DNA of 64,000 bases from Mobula hypostoma (Eukaryota), in the NCBI RefSeq assembly GCF_963921235.1, contig NC_086107.1:106952001-107016000 (forward strand). The letters are read 5' to 3'. The position numbers were made by a program, and so were the translations under genes. A model generated the notes under the pieces. The model did no database searches and had not been told where the DNA came from. It saw nothing but the letters and a program-made list of their open reading frames with translations. Of this stretch, positions 25,501 to 37,350 are shown one piece after another (the stretch's first letter is position 1; each line of letters starts with the position of its first letter).

Positions 25501-27759
25501 TATGTCAGTCATACGAAACCTGATTCTGATTCTGATTGGTGCAGCAAGTTAAAAGGACTGAGTAGTCTTATTCTCTTTCCTGGGCTTCTCCTCCCATCGG
25601 CATCCTCCTGGTCCTTTTCTGTGACAGAGAGAAGCAAGTCAAGGGAAAATTTTTCATTTCTATAGCGCCAGTGATGCGGGGGTTCACCGCCGCTTCCCGG
25701 TTCGGCGACCCGGGCGTAACTGTGGAGTTTGCACGTTCTCTCTGTGACCACGTGGGTTTCCTCTGGGAGCTCTGGTTTACTCCCGCCTCCTGAAGACATG
25801 CAGGTTGCTAGGTTAGCTGGCCTCTTTTGGTTGCCCTGGCTTGTAGTTGGTTGGTCACACCTAAGGGCGTCAAGGGGGATGTGGGGAGATTGAAAACTGG
25901 GATCTGTGCAAATGGCTGCCAGGTGCCCATCAAGGATTTGTCGGGCCAAATGGCCTGATTCCAAGCTGCAAGACTTTATGGAAACATAGTGGTGGTGGTG
26001 CAATCACTCGAGTCGAGCATGATGTTCTGCTAAGGGGGTGGTCTACAGGCGGGTCTATTGGCAGATCTACCAGTCACCTGCGGGGGCTTCCAGGCTTCGT
26101 AATCTTGCCCCCTTCACCATTTGTTGATCGCCACGAGCTTAATCCAGGACATTAGAGTGCGTTCCCCAACTCTTGCGCGTGGCTTTGTTTAACATGGGGA
26201 GGCTGAGGCACGGGCAGCCACCACACAGTCTTGATAAAGCGGGGTCAGGGTCCAGTGGCGTGGGGCGCAAGGCAACTGGGGACCCCTCACTGCTGCGGCC
26301 TTTTTCCACCTTCCCTGCCGTTGTGATGTGCCAACGGCTTCTGCCAGCTCCGCTGTTGAGGTCTTGGCTGCCTCGCTCTTTGTCTGGGATCTCCCTCTTG
26401 ACCTTACCGCCATGGCTGACCCCAGCCAGGAGAGCTTCGCTCTCAGGATCTCCACCGCGACAGGGCAATGATCATCGGAGAAGGGTAGCGACATCATAGA
26501 TCTCTCGTCAAGAGGTTTCCCGTGACTGACGCCCAACAAAAAAAATTCTTGCCGAGCATTGTGAGATTTGGGCAAAGAGCCAGGGGAACAAAGGGGCATA
26601 AGGAACGGACTTGTGAACCCAAGGCCTGGTTAATAGAGGCGCAAGAAGAGAGATTTGATTTGCGAATGGTTAAGTGGTCCGAGCTTGAAGAGAACAGCGA
26701 TCAGGGAGTTAACCATGGAAGCTGGATAATAGGAATAGGTTCATCATTCAGGGGAGGGAGCAGACCATCTCCTCGCCTTCTGCCCGTATCCTTGACCCCT
26801 TTATCAGTGAGAAATCTGCCTACCTCGTTACTTAATGATTCACCCCCTGTCTTCAGTCTCTGCGTGGAAGGCAGAGACTTGGAGGATATGGCAGAGATAG
26901 GGGAGGGAGGGAGGGGCTTGAAACCATTGGCAAGGTTTAAACCCCCCCCCACCCCCCGCTGTTTTACAGCCATTGAAGTGCCTTTGAAGTACAGATACTG
27001 TTGTACTATGCACAGCAAGGTCTCGCAAACAGTCATATTTCTACGTTTAACCCTCCCATCCCTGCACTCCTCCAGTTCTGTTCTCTCCTGTCTCTCCAGA
27101 TTTAGCCCCTCTGGTGTTGTGGTCCGTGCCTTCAGTGGTCAGGGCACCAAGCCCTGAGGCCTAAGCCTCTCCACCGACAGCTATGGAGGGTGCTTTCCCC
27201 GGGACTCTCTCACCAATGTTCTCTGCTGCACTTCGACCCTTCGTTCTCCTGCTTCAGAACCGGCAGGTCACGGCACAGTTAAGAACGAACACTGTACAAG
27301 CTGCAACCAATACAACCCTTCAGGGACTCTGGTGTGCTGGAAACCTAGATACGGTCCACCTCGTGGTTTATTTTTACCCATAAGATTCTTAATAAAAGCT
27401 GTATGTTTAATTAATTAACCGCTATTTGTTATGAGTCTCCAGCTAAATGCCGTGATGGTTCTTTCAAGGGGCAGGCAGGGACAAGGGGGCAGAGGAGGGT
27501 GGAGGTGATTGAGGGAGAGTGGGCAAAGAGGTGGAAGGTAAATGCCAGCTGGTTGCTGTGCATAAGATTGTCACAGAGTGTGATCATCCCTTCAGGGGCT
27601 AAGGAGGACATCTCAGGATTTTTTAAATATATGGACAAGTAAAATATTAGGAACAGAGTAATATTTAGGGGTTTGACTTTAGGAATCGCTGTGCAAAAAT
27701 AATTTAAAGGGCCATTGGCAGCCATCTCAGGGAGGGTGAGAGGAAATGCTGAGTAACAC

Positions 27760-28590
27760 AGACAGAATACTGGAGGAACTCAGCAGGCCAGGCCCCATCT
27801 ATGGAAGAGAGTACAGTCGATGTTTCGGGCCGAGACCCTTCACCAGGACTGGAGAAAAAGATGAGGAGTCGGAGTAAGAAAATTGGGGTGGGGGGGGGGA
27901 GGAAGAACCACAAGGTGATAGGTGATAATGGGAGGGGTGGAATAAAGAGCTGGGAAGTTGATCAGTGAGATTCAGGGCTGGAGAAGGGGGAATGATACAG
28001 AGCCCTACTTAGACCATCGCTGGAGGAAGAGTATTCACTTCTGAGGCCCGCACCTCCTTAAGGAGTGGGCGCCGGCTGCCACGGGGGAGGACGCTCTGCC
28101 TGTCGTCTGGAAGAGCGCACACAAAATGCAGGAGGAACTCGGTAAGTTAGGCAGCACCGAGGGTGGGGAGTAAACAGTCGATGTTTTAGGCCGGGAGCCT
28201 TCACCACGACTGGAAAGGAAGCCAGAATAAGCAGGTGGGGTGGGGGAGGGGAAGAACACAAGTTAGAAGGTGACAGGTGAGACCAGGTTAGGGGGAAGGC
28301 GGGTGGATAGGGGAGGGGGGGAGATGTAGCAAGAAGCTGGGAGGTGATTGGTGGAAAAGGTGAAGGGCCGAGGAAGGAGGAATCTGATAGGAGGGAAGAG
28401 TGGACAAAGGATGGAAGGAAAGTGAAAGGGGCGCCAAAGGGAGGATGGTGAGGAGAAGGGGTGAGAGGGAAACCAGAATGTGTATGGAAAAGAGGGAAGG
28501 GAGAAGGAGATAAATTACCATAAATTAGAAAAATTGATGTTCACGCCTCAGGCAGAACATGAGGTTTTGCTGCTCTGACCCGAGTGTGGC
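27760..28590 (-). mobile_element. Two adjacent Penelope-like 3' fragments
   Basis: Same family as 10645-11210, with degenerate hammerhead motifs at ~27814-27852 and ~28173-28212. Confidence 0.6.
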
Positions 28591-29384
28591 CTGTACTGGC
28601 TTGGGATGGATGAATCAGGCCAAACGCCTTTCTCAATGCTCGATGACTAGATCCAGTTCATCCCATCCTTTCAACCTCTTCAGTAGCCTTCCTAATTATT
28701 GATAAGTTGTGTTCCATCCCCCTAGAATCATGCAGGGATACGGAACAGAAACCGGACCTGAGGCTCACTGGGGGCCATTCACCCACCAACCCTGCACCCC
28801 TTGGAGGTGAGGGAGGGATCCAGGGAAGATCCGTGGAGCTCCACACAGACAGCACCAGAGGTCAGGTTGAACCTGTGCCTCTGGAGTTCTGAGGTGGCAT
28901 CTCTACCAGTTGTGCCAGTGTGCCACCACAGCGTTACGGAATGCTGCAGGAGCCTAGGGTTAAATTGGGAAGGGTGGATTCTCTCAACCTGTAGAGACAC
29001 GGGAGGCCGCAGTGGCTGGAGTCTGGTGCGGGAGGAACTCAGCAGGCCGAGCAGCATCCATGGAGTGGGGAGGAACTGTCAGTGTTTTCGGGCCCTGATG
29101 CAGGGCTCGAGTCCGAAACGTTGATCTTCCTTGTCCGCTACAGATGCTGCTTGCTCTGCTGAATTCCCCTGGCAGATTGTTTGTTGCCCTCAAATTGTGC
29201 TTCTTTTCACGTAGAAGATTAGGATGGCCCGTTTAAGCGTGCAAAAGGTGGGGAGACACTGCTGAGTAGGTGGGGGGGGTGGAGTCTAGAACAAGAAGCT
29301 TTAAATATGAGCCAGCCCTCTGCAAAATTACCTTCTCAAACAAGATCTTCCCCAAGAAAGGATCTAGTGCTTTCCCAGCGTTTA

Positions 29385-29635
29385 TGACGAATAAACTCTT
29401 CTGGGGCTTCCAGCCAGGTATATTTCAACATTTCAATGACAAACTCTGCCACCTTCTTCAGGAAGGAGAGATTACAACCAACATTTCATTGACAGCCTCT
29501 GGGCCATCTTCTTCATGAAGAAGAAATTATAACCAACGTTTCGATGACATCTTCTTGAGGAAAATGGCAGAGTTTGTCATCGAAACGTCGGTTATAATCG
29601 ATAGCTGTAACCGACTGGAAGCCCGAGAAGGGTTT
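29385..29635. mobile_element. Palindromic element of the second hammerhead-bearing family
   Basis: Minus strand 29464-29424 reads ttcCTGAAGAaggtggcagagtttgtcattGAAAtgttgaa. Plus strand ~29555-29590 reads TTGAGGAaaatggcagagtttgtcatcGAAAcgtcgg. Confidence 0.55.
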
Positions 29636-32600
29636 AAAACCTTCCCCATTAAAATGTCAATCTTCCCCACTGGTACAAGACTAATTAACAGAATCAAAAC
29701 TGAAATTGTTGTCAGGCTGGAGGTTAAGCACTTTGAAACCAAGGTCAAGAAGTGGAGCTCAGATACAATCAACTCTGAAAAGTAGAACAAGCTGGATGGG
29801 CCAAATGGCCTCCTTCAGCTCCTTGTCCTCATTTGGTCATTGCCTCTGAAGTAAAGCAGTGCTACGATCTGACTGCAGTGCGCCAGGACTAGCTTTGTAC
29901 CTGCTTTTCAAGTCATTTCACAGTTTTCCCTGTTTCCACGTGACCTGCGGAATAAAGCACCATTTTTCAAAACCTTGGCAACTTTTCCCAGTCAAGTAGC
30001 TGTGAGCTTCACTCCTCTTGATGCCTCCGAAAGGGGTCCAGTCCCAAGCCAGACACAGGACCCTGGTGCTCGTTGCACATTACCCAGGGGGAGTTGATGG
30101 GGCCGCTATCATTGTGATAATGGTTTACATCCATGACCACGTCTCAGGTAAATATAAAGAAGTCCTTCGAGCAGAGCAGGAAATGTTCTTCCAATATTCT
30201 GGGGCCATTTAATAAACCAGATCATTTGGTAGTTTTGTACAGGGAGACACTGTACAGGATCGAAATAAGCTACAGAAAGTTGTAAGCTCAGCCAGCTCCA
30301 TCATGGGCACTAGCATCTTCATGTAGCGATGCCTCAAAAAGGCAGCGTCCATCATTAAGGACCCCCATCACCCAGGACATGCCCTCTTCTCATTGCTACC
30401 ATCAGAAAGGAGGTACAGGAGTCTGCAGGCACATACTCAACAACTCAATGGCTTCCTGCCCTCTGCCATCTGATTTCTGAACGGACATCGAACCCATGAA
30501 CATTACCTCACTGACAAAATGCTGGAGGAACTCAGCAGGCAAGACAGCATCTATGGAAAAAAGTACAGTCGACGTTCCAGGCCAAAACCCTTCAGCAGGA
30601 CATCTGCAGATTTTCTCTTGTTTGTAACATTACCTCATTACTTTTTTTTATTTCTGTATTTGCCCTGCTTATTTAATTTAACTTTAAAAAATATATATAC
30701 TTCTCACTGTAATTTACAGTTTTTAATTATTATGTATTGCAATGTACTGGTGCAGCATAACAACAAATTTCATGGCATATGCCGATGATATTAAACCTGA
30801 TTCTGACTCTGTTCACACTGCACTTTGGGGAGATTGATGCAATGCAAGTTGGCTGTTGTGCTTCCTACTTTACAACATGAGTGCTTGGGTTTCCTCCGGG
30901 TGCTCTGGTTTCCTCCCACAGTCCAAAGACGTAACGGCTAGTAGGGCAATTGGTCGTAAATTGTCCTGTGATTAGGTTATGAGGCTCGTTGGGCCGGGAG
31001 GGCCTGTTCTGTGGTGGATCTCTAAATAAATAAATCAATTCTGTAAATAAAATAAACAGTTCAAACCCATTTTCTTAAAGGGTTCCTGGGATATCTTCAG
31101 GTCCAAGTGAAAGGTGCTTCAGAAAGGCAAATTTCCATTCCTTCAAGTTCAGTCAGGTGGTGGGAGTATGTCGCTCCTGGCCGGCTTCTCACACGGGCAC
31201 CGTTCTTCCAGTTCCAGTCTACGTGCACGTCTCCCAGCTTCTCGCCCCTTTTCGCTGGGTAATCTCGTTCTTTTCCCTCTTCCTCGTTGCCACGGCCCTA
31301 CCCCGCTCCCTCTCCTGCCCTTCACCCAAGCGGTGAGGTGCGTCCTCAACCGGAGCCTGGGGTCGCACCTAGCTGAGGAAGGAGCAGCGGCAGTTCGTCA
31401 CTCTTCCTTCTCCCTCGACCTCTTCAGAGTCGGGATTACACTCCAAAGCTCACCGCAGTCAACAGCTCCAGTACCTCAGGCAGCTGACAGTCGGGAGGTC
31501 GAGGCTGACACTTGACTTTCCTGTGCGTGTGCTACAGACATGGACACGCACAGACTCTCAATCAACGCCACCCCTCATCTCCACCCTCCACAGAGTCTTT
31601 CATACAATGAATCTCTCTCTCACACCCAGTCTCACCTGTGCGTTCAACCTTGCTCCGCTCTCTCTCACACACACACACGAAATCTCTCCCGTTCCCACAC
31701 AAAGGTACACACTCACAGTCAACTCTGAGTCTCGCTACATACACACGTGCACTCACACACGCTGGGATCTCTCCCACGCACGCAGGCACAAAGATACACA
31801 ATCAGCACTATGTTTTACCCCCCACACACACTCTAATCTCTCCCATGCATATACAGCGGTACTCACCAGAACCTCTGCCTTTCTGTTCAAACACACACGT
31901 ACAGAACATTGTGCGCCGATGCTCTGCAACGCTCGTGTGGAAGTACGTGGGCGTAAAATGCAGAGCGCTGCCACGAGTCACACTGTGTCATAGTTTAAGG
32001 CAGAACACAGCCCAAGGCACTTGACGCAGGTGTAGGGAAATCGAGGAAGCGGAGTAGATACTGAGCAGAGAGTGAGGAGGAGGGAAGGATCTGAGGTCAC
32101 ATTGGTCAGTGTAGAGCAAACTGAGAGGGAGGGCGAGCAGGAGAGGAGGAAGAGAAGGTAATGTTGTGGGACAGATAAAAGAGTTGACAGAAAGGAATTA
32201 GAGCTAGGTAGACACGGATACACCTAAAATGTGACTTTTGCTGGCAATTCATTTCCCATCTTGACTTGCCCTGGTAAGGTCCTCAACATCTATGCAGTAG
32301 TTTGATAAACCGGTAGGCGGTTTGCCAATTACATCAGACATGTGTGCATCAGAGAAGCACAAGTGGTCACTCAGGGACAGATATCTGCCGTACTTACTCA
32401 CTCTGAATCTGAACTGGATTTAATTCCCATTTCTCAATGGGATCAGGCCTTATCTTGCTCTCAAGAGAGACACTGAGCCCAGTGAAAAATAGTAACAATG
32501 CCAGCGTCCTGTGAATGACTGAGATAAAAAGGACCAATGGGCTCACAGGGTACAGGAGGTAAGATGACTAGGAGATAACGCAAATCCATCCTGAGGTATG

Positions 32601-32749
32601 CAAGCCAATTCTACCTGACTCAACAGTGATTGGGTCAAACTAGTCACCATGAAACAACGCTGTCAATTAGTGCCAGAGGGTCAGGGCACTCTTTTCCTCT
32701 CAATAATCTGATTGTTCCTAGGCTCCTATAAATAAAAAAAAATCACAAA

Positions 32750-34299
32750 GCTTCTTATAAAAGATTTTATTTAAATGCATCAGGTTTTTAACAGTCCGCA
32801 AACAAAAAAAAAGAATTGCAACAATTGGGATAAATCAATGGATTAGATTTCTCCCGATGAAGTGAATCGATAATTACAAGATAAGCAGTTCTCTCTTTAT
32901 TTTTTTTAACTGTAAATCTTTTTTGGTCAAATGAAAGACTTTTCCATTAAAGATCTGGCATCAAATTTATTTATCTTACTGAGAATTGTATTATTTGTAT
33001 ACCCACAGTCGTCCTCCGATTATAGTTTTGTCTCAGTGCCACTTTGATCATCTTAAACTCTTTCACCGGAGACCACAGAGAATTGTGTCTTTATTTTACT
33101 TTGAATATTCTATCGCGGCCCTTTCTGATGTTAAATTTTAGGTTTCTTTTTTTGTCTTTGTCCAAACCATAGAAAATGTTTCTTTTTCTCCTTATTTTGA
33201 AAAAAAATATATGAAAGCTTTTTTTTAGGTAAATTTTATTTATTTTTTAAATTTTTTTTATTTTTTTTTAAATCTGGCGTGAAATGTATGGAATGGCACA
33301 GCACCACACTCGCACAATAGGTTTTCCTGATTTAAAGAGGTCACTGGGGTGCCAACTCTCCCTCGTCCCTCCCGTTGTCCCAAACTCACTTCAAGTAAAA
33401 ACTTTCTGAAATTGGAATTATTACCCAAACATTTTTTAAAAAAACATAATCCGTCTGGAGATAAAGCGTTGTTTCCTCATTGAACTATCTCCCATCGCTT
33501 CAACTGAAAATTCGTGCTCTCCCAATTCAAAATTTTATCAAATAATAGTAATTAAAAAAAACTTTGAAATTCTTGATTTGAGCTTTTGGTTGGAAGAGGG
33601 GAGTTGGTCCGTCCATTGCATGCAAATTTCTCAAATCCACAGCTTGTCACTCATTTATAGAATGTCTTTTAAAAGAATAAATATTTTGTTTTATTTTACT
33701 TTCTCCTTTGACACGTGGTCGTTTCAGTCAGCGGCTGAGCAAGTTAAAAAACTGATGTTTGTTGTTGCTGTCTTGGTTCCACATCTTCTGTTTAACTGGC
33801 CTGTGTCACAGCAAAGAATGAATTGCCATTCCTGGATATTGTAAAAATTCCTCCTTAAAACTTTTCACCTCAAACAAGGGAGACAGAGTCCCTTTTTTTT
33901 TTCATTGTCATCACTCCCGGTGAGGTATAAGGCAGGTGGGGTGAGGTGGGATGAAAGCATTTCGACAATAAAGAGCGCTTAAAACACTTAGTAAATGAAG
34001 ACAAATACTCCCTCTTCCTCACTATCTCCCTCTCGCTCTCGTCAATCCATTCTCTGGTTGGAATTTAGGCCGGAGATCTTTCTCTCCACTCGTTTCTCTC
34101 TTAGTTTTCGATTTTAAAATCTTTTTTTTGACAAACTTTTTGCATTGTTTTTTTGCAATGGAATTCGGGTTTCATGCAATAACTTTTAATATTTTCATTA
34201 ATCCATTTTTTTGTAAATTATTAATTTTCCTCTTAAATTCTTTTCACACTCTGTCTCTCTCTTTCTCTCTCTCTCTGTCTGTCCTTGCCATTCAGCTCT
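32750..34299 (-). other. CACNG2: Putative CACNG2 3' UTR (A/U-rich, repeat-free)
   Basis: Lies directly downstream of the stop, is A/T-rich and contains no recognisable transposon. The 3' end is inferred from a polyadenylation signal. Confidence 0.6.
32766..32771 (-). promoter_or_regulatory. Candidate polyadenylation signal AATAAA
   Basis: TTTATT on + at 32766-32771, followed on the minus strand by a GU/U-rich element (CTTTGTGATTTTTTTT, ~32750-32735). Other AATAAA copies occur at 32896 and 32966. Confidence 0.45.
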
Positions 34300-34832
34300 T
34301 TATACAGGTGTTGTTCTTCGGTTGACCGTGTTGGTATGCAAGGAATCCTTAATGTCTTTCTGGATGCAGTTATGGACCTGTAGGAAATTGTGGTCTCGCT
34401 CGGAGTTGTAAGTGGCAGTTGAGGTGGTGGTCTTCAGAGGGTCTCTCGTGAGGGTGTACATGGATATTTCTGTGGACGGCAGCGTGTTAAAGCCTTTGAG
34501 ACCGACGGGAGAGGGGTCTCTGGAGTGGGAGGGCTCTGTGGAGCGGGAGCTCGATCGACTGCGCCGTCTGTAGCGGTATCGGTAACTGGGGATCCGAGTG
34601 ATGGCAGAGGACTGGAGGTAATCCGTGGATCTTGTCCCTGCCCTGATCTGTTTGTGTCTGTCAATGAACATGTGAACCGCTAACACGCCCACCATCTCCG
34701 CGATGATGAAGGAGAGCGCTCCAAAGTAAAAAGACCACCCATAGGAGTAACTGTTCTTTTTTGAGTCGCTCTTTGCAGGATCTCCCGCGTTGGCTGATAT
34801 GTACACGATGATGCCGATGATGTTACTCAAAC
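34300..34832 (-). CDS. CACNG2: Terminal coding exon of voltage-dependent calcium channel gamma-2 / stargazin (TARP gamma-2); partial gene
   Basis: Translation is [62 protein letters not shown]...[27 protein letters not shown]...STEISMYTL...[10 protein letters not shown]...RRTTPV*. This covers TM3/TM4, the RS phospho-tail and the class I PDZ ligand TTPV. A pyrimidine tract and CAG acceptor lie at 34835-34833 (phase 1), with a TAA stop at 34302-34300. The first ~65 aa of the listed ORF (34833-35028) are intronic. Confidence 0.96.
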
Positions 34833-34987
34833 CTGCGGAAGAACATGGGGGATGGGGGGGTGGGGTTGGAAGAACAAAAGGACACCAGTTATTGATATTT
34901 GAGTGAAGGAAATGCAGTTTTCTGGGTTGGGGGGAGGGAAGGAAGAGAAGGTGGAGAGTGGAATTGTTGGGAAAGTCGCACCAATTG

Positions 34988-35573
34988 CAGACATCCCACC
35001 TCTCCCGGAAGTTCCGGGAGTCTCCCACATATTAATAGTGGCTCCCTGACGCCCGCAAATTACATACAACATCACGGAAATCAATTTTTTTGAGACTGAG
35101 CGAGAGAAAGCAAGAGAGAGTGACCACGAGAGAGAGAGAGTGAGAGCAAGCAAGCGAGAGCACGCGAGTGACGAGAGAGAGAGAGAGAGCGCCAGCAAGA
35201 GAGAGAGAGCGAGAGTGCGCCATGGCAAAGCGTTCCAAAAAAAGAAAATATAAAACGTACGTCACCCCAGACTACACTAAAGTGTATCCCTGCCTAATAG
35301 GGGTCAAAATAATGACAGTGTTGCTCGCTGCACTGTTTGCAACAGTGACTTTTCTATTGCCCATGGTGGGTTAAGACTGTAAAAGACATGTTGAGGTGAG
35401 TTTAACAGGTGTCATTTGTTTATTAGCATAGCTAACGTTATTTAAACTAGCTGGCTGGCTGCTAAGGAGCTACTGTATTGCAGACATCCCACCTCTCCCG
35501 GAAGTTCCAGAAGTCTCCGGCAAATTGATGGTGCTACCTCCCTGAAATGAGTTTTTGCAGGGTGGGGTGTCTG
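34988..35573 (+). mobile_element. Non-autonomous hAT-like DNA transposon with zinc-finger exon remnant
   Basis: TIRs CAGACATCCCACC / GGTGGGGTGTCTG, flanked by CAATTG on both sides. Frameshifted MAKRSKKRKYKTY...ARCTVCNSDFSIAHGGL.DCKRHVE followed by a GTGAGT donor. Internal second left-end copy at 35481. Confidence 0.75.
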
Positions 35574-36739
35574 CAATTGGCCTGCTAGTGCGAACCTTCC
35601 CATCTCTTCCCTTGGCTGAGGTCTCATTGTACACTGGAGGAGACAGGGAGTGCCACACTGGTTCAGAAGGTGCATCTCGCCAGTGCCTGTTCCCTGAATT
35701 CCATCCCCTCCATGGCGCAGTACTTTAACAGGCCCTTCAGCTCACGGTGACCGTACCAAACGTGATGCCCAACTAAACCAGTCTCTTCTGCCTATACAGG
35801 GTCCATTTCGCTCCACCCCCAGCAAGGTCCCACCCCCAACCCCGCTCCCTTATAAGACCATAAGATACAGCTGCAGAATTAGGCCATTTGGCCCATCGAG
35901 TCTGCTCCGCCATTTCATCATGGACGATCCAATTTCTCTCTCCGCCTTCTCCTTTATCCCTTCACACCCTGACCAGTCAAGAATCTATCCGCCTGTGCCT
36001 TAAATATACATAAAGACTTGGCCTCTGCAGCCGCCTTAGTGGCGAAGGATTCCAGTCCCTGGCTAAAGAAATGCCTTCTCATCTCCGTTCTAAATGGACG
36101 CCCTCTGTTATCTCAGTCACTGCGCTGTAAGTATTTTAATCCACATTTCGTCATGCCGTTTGCATTGTGAATACACGCTGGCACTTACTGTGTGTACTTA
36201 CGTACATTTTATTCCATATCCGTGCTTTAACCTCTAACTTTATTTTTGTATATAATTATTTATTCTTCATATCATTGAATGTTGTTATTTATTTATTTAT
36301 TTGGAGATACAGTGTGGAATATGCCCTTCAGGCCCTTTGGGCTGCGTCGACCCAGTTCAACCCTAGCCTAATTGCGGGACAACTGACAGTGACCAATTAA
36401 CTAACCAACCGGGATGTCTTTGGACCATGGGAGAGAACCGGAGCGTCCGGAGGGAACGCGCGCATTCCACGGGGAGGACGTACAGATGAGGTTGGAACTG
36501 AACTCCGACCTCCGACGCTCCAAGCTGGAATAGTCTTGCGCTAACCACTACGTTTCCATGGTGCCCCGCGGTCCATTTTTGCTGCTTGTCGCGCATTCCT
36601 AATACCTAATACATGTAAGTATATATGGTGAATAAAGTTGATCCTTGATCATTTAAAAAAGTCTTGTCATCTGATTAGGCTGTGGGATCTTGCTGTGCAC
36701 AGATAGGTGCCTGTGTTCCATTGGAGTATATTACTACAC

Positions 36740-37350
36740 GGTAGATTTGGAGAGGATGTTTCCCATGGTGGGAGAGTCTAAGACCAGAGGACAAAGCCTC
36801 AGAATAGAGGGACGTCCATTTTAGAAACATAGAAAACCTACAGCACAATACAGGCCCTTTGGCCCACAAAGCTATGCCGAACATGTCCTTACCCTAGAAA
36901 TCACCTAAGGTTACCCATAGCCCTGTATGTTTTTGAGCTGCATGTACCCGTCCAGGAGTCTGTTTAAAGACCCTATCGTATCCGCCTCCACCACCGTCGC
37001 CGGCAGCCCATTCCACGCACTCACCACTCTCTGCGTAAAAAGCTTACCCCTGACATCTCCTCTGTACCTACGTCCAAGCACCTTAAAACTGTGCCCTCTG
37101 CCAGCCCTGAACAGAGGTGAGGAGGAATTTCTTTAGCCAGAGAGTGGTGAATCTGTGGAATTCGTTGCCACAGGCGGCTGTGGAGGCCAAGTCACCGGGT
37201 GCATTTAAGGCAGGGGTTGATAGATTCTTGATTGGTCAGGAGGTGAAGGGATACGGGAGACGGCAGGAGATTGAGGCCGAGAGGGAAATGGATCAGCCGT
37301 GATGAAATGGCGGAGCAGACTTGATGGGCCAAATGGCCCAATTGTGCTCC
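36740..37350. mobile_element. Nested CR1 fragments (minus-strand copy at ~36825-37100 inside a plus-strand copy)
   Basis: RRNFFSQRVVNLWNSLPQAAVEA on +, with an opposite-strand CR1 3' end inside it. Confidence 0.7.

Noticed and set aside
26522..27157. 211-aa ORF
   Set aside because: No recognisable domain, a non-ATG start, and it spans repeat-like sequence.
34833..35028. N-terminal 65 aa of the 242-aa ORF
   Set aside because: It lies upstream of the splice acceptor and starts inside a hAT element, so it is intronic read-through and not CACNG2 sequence.
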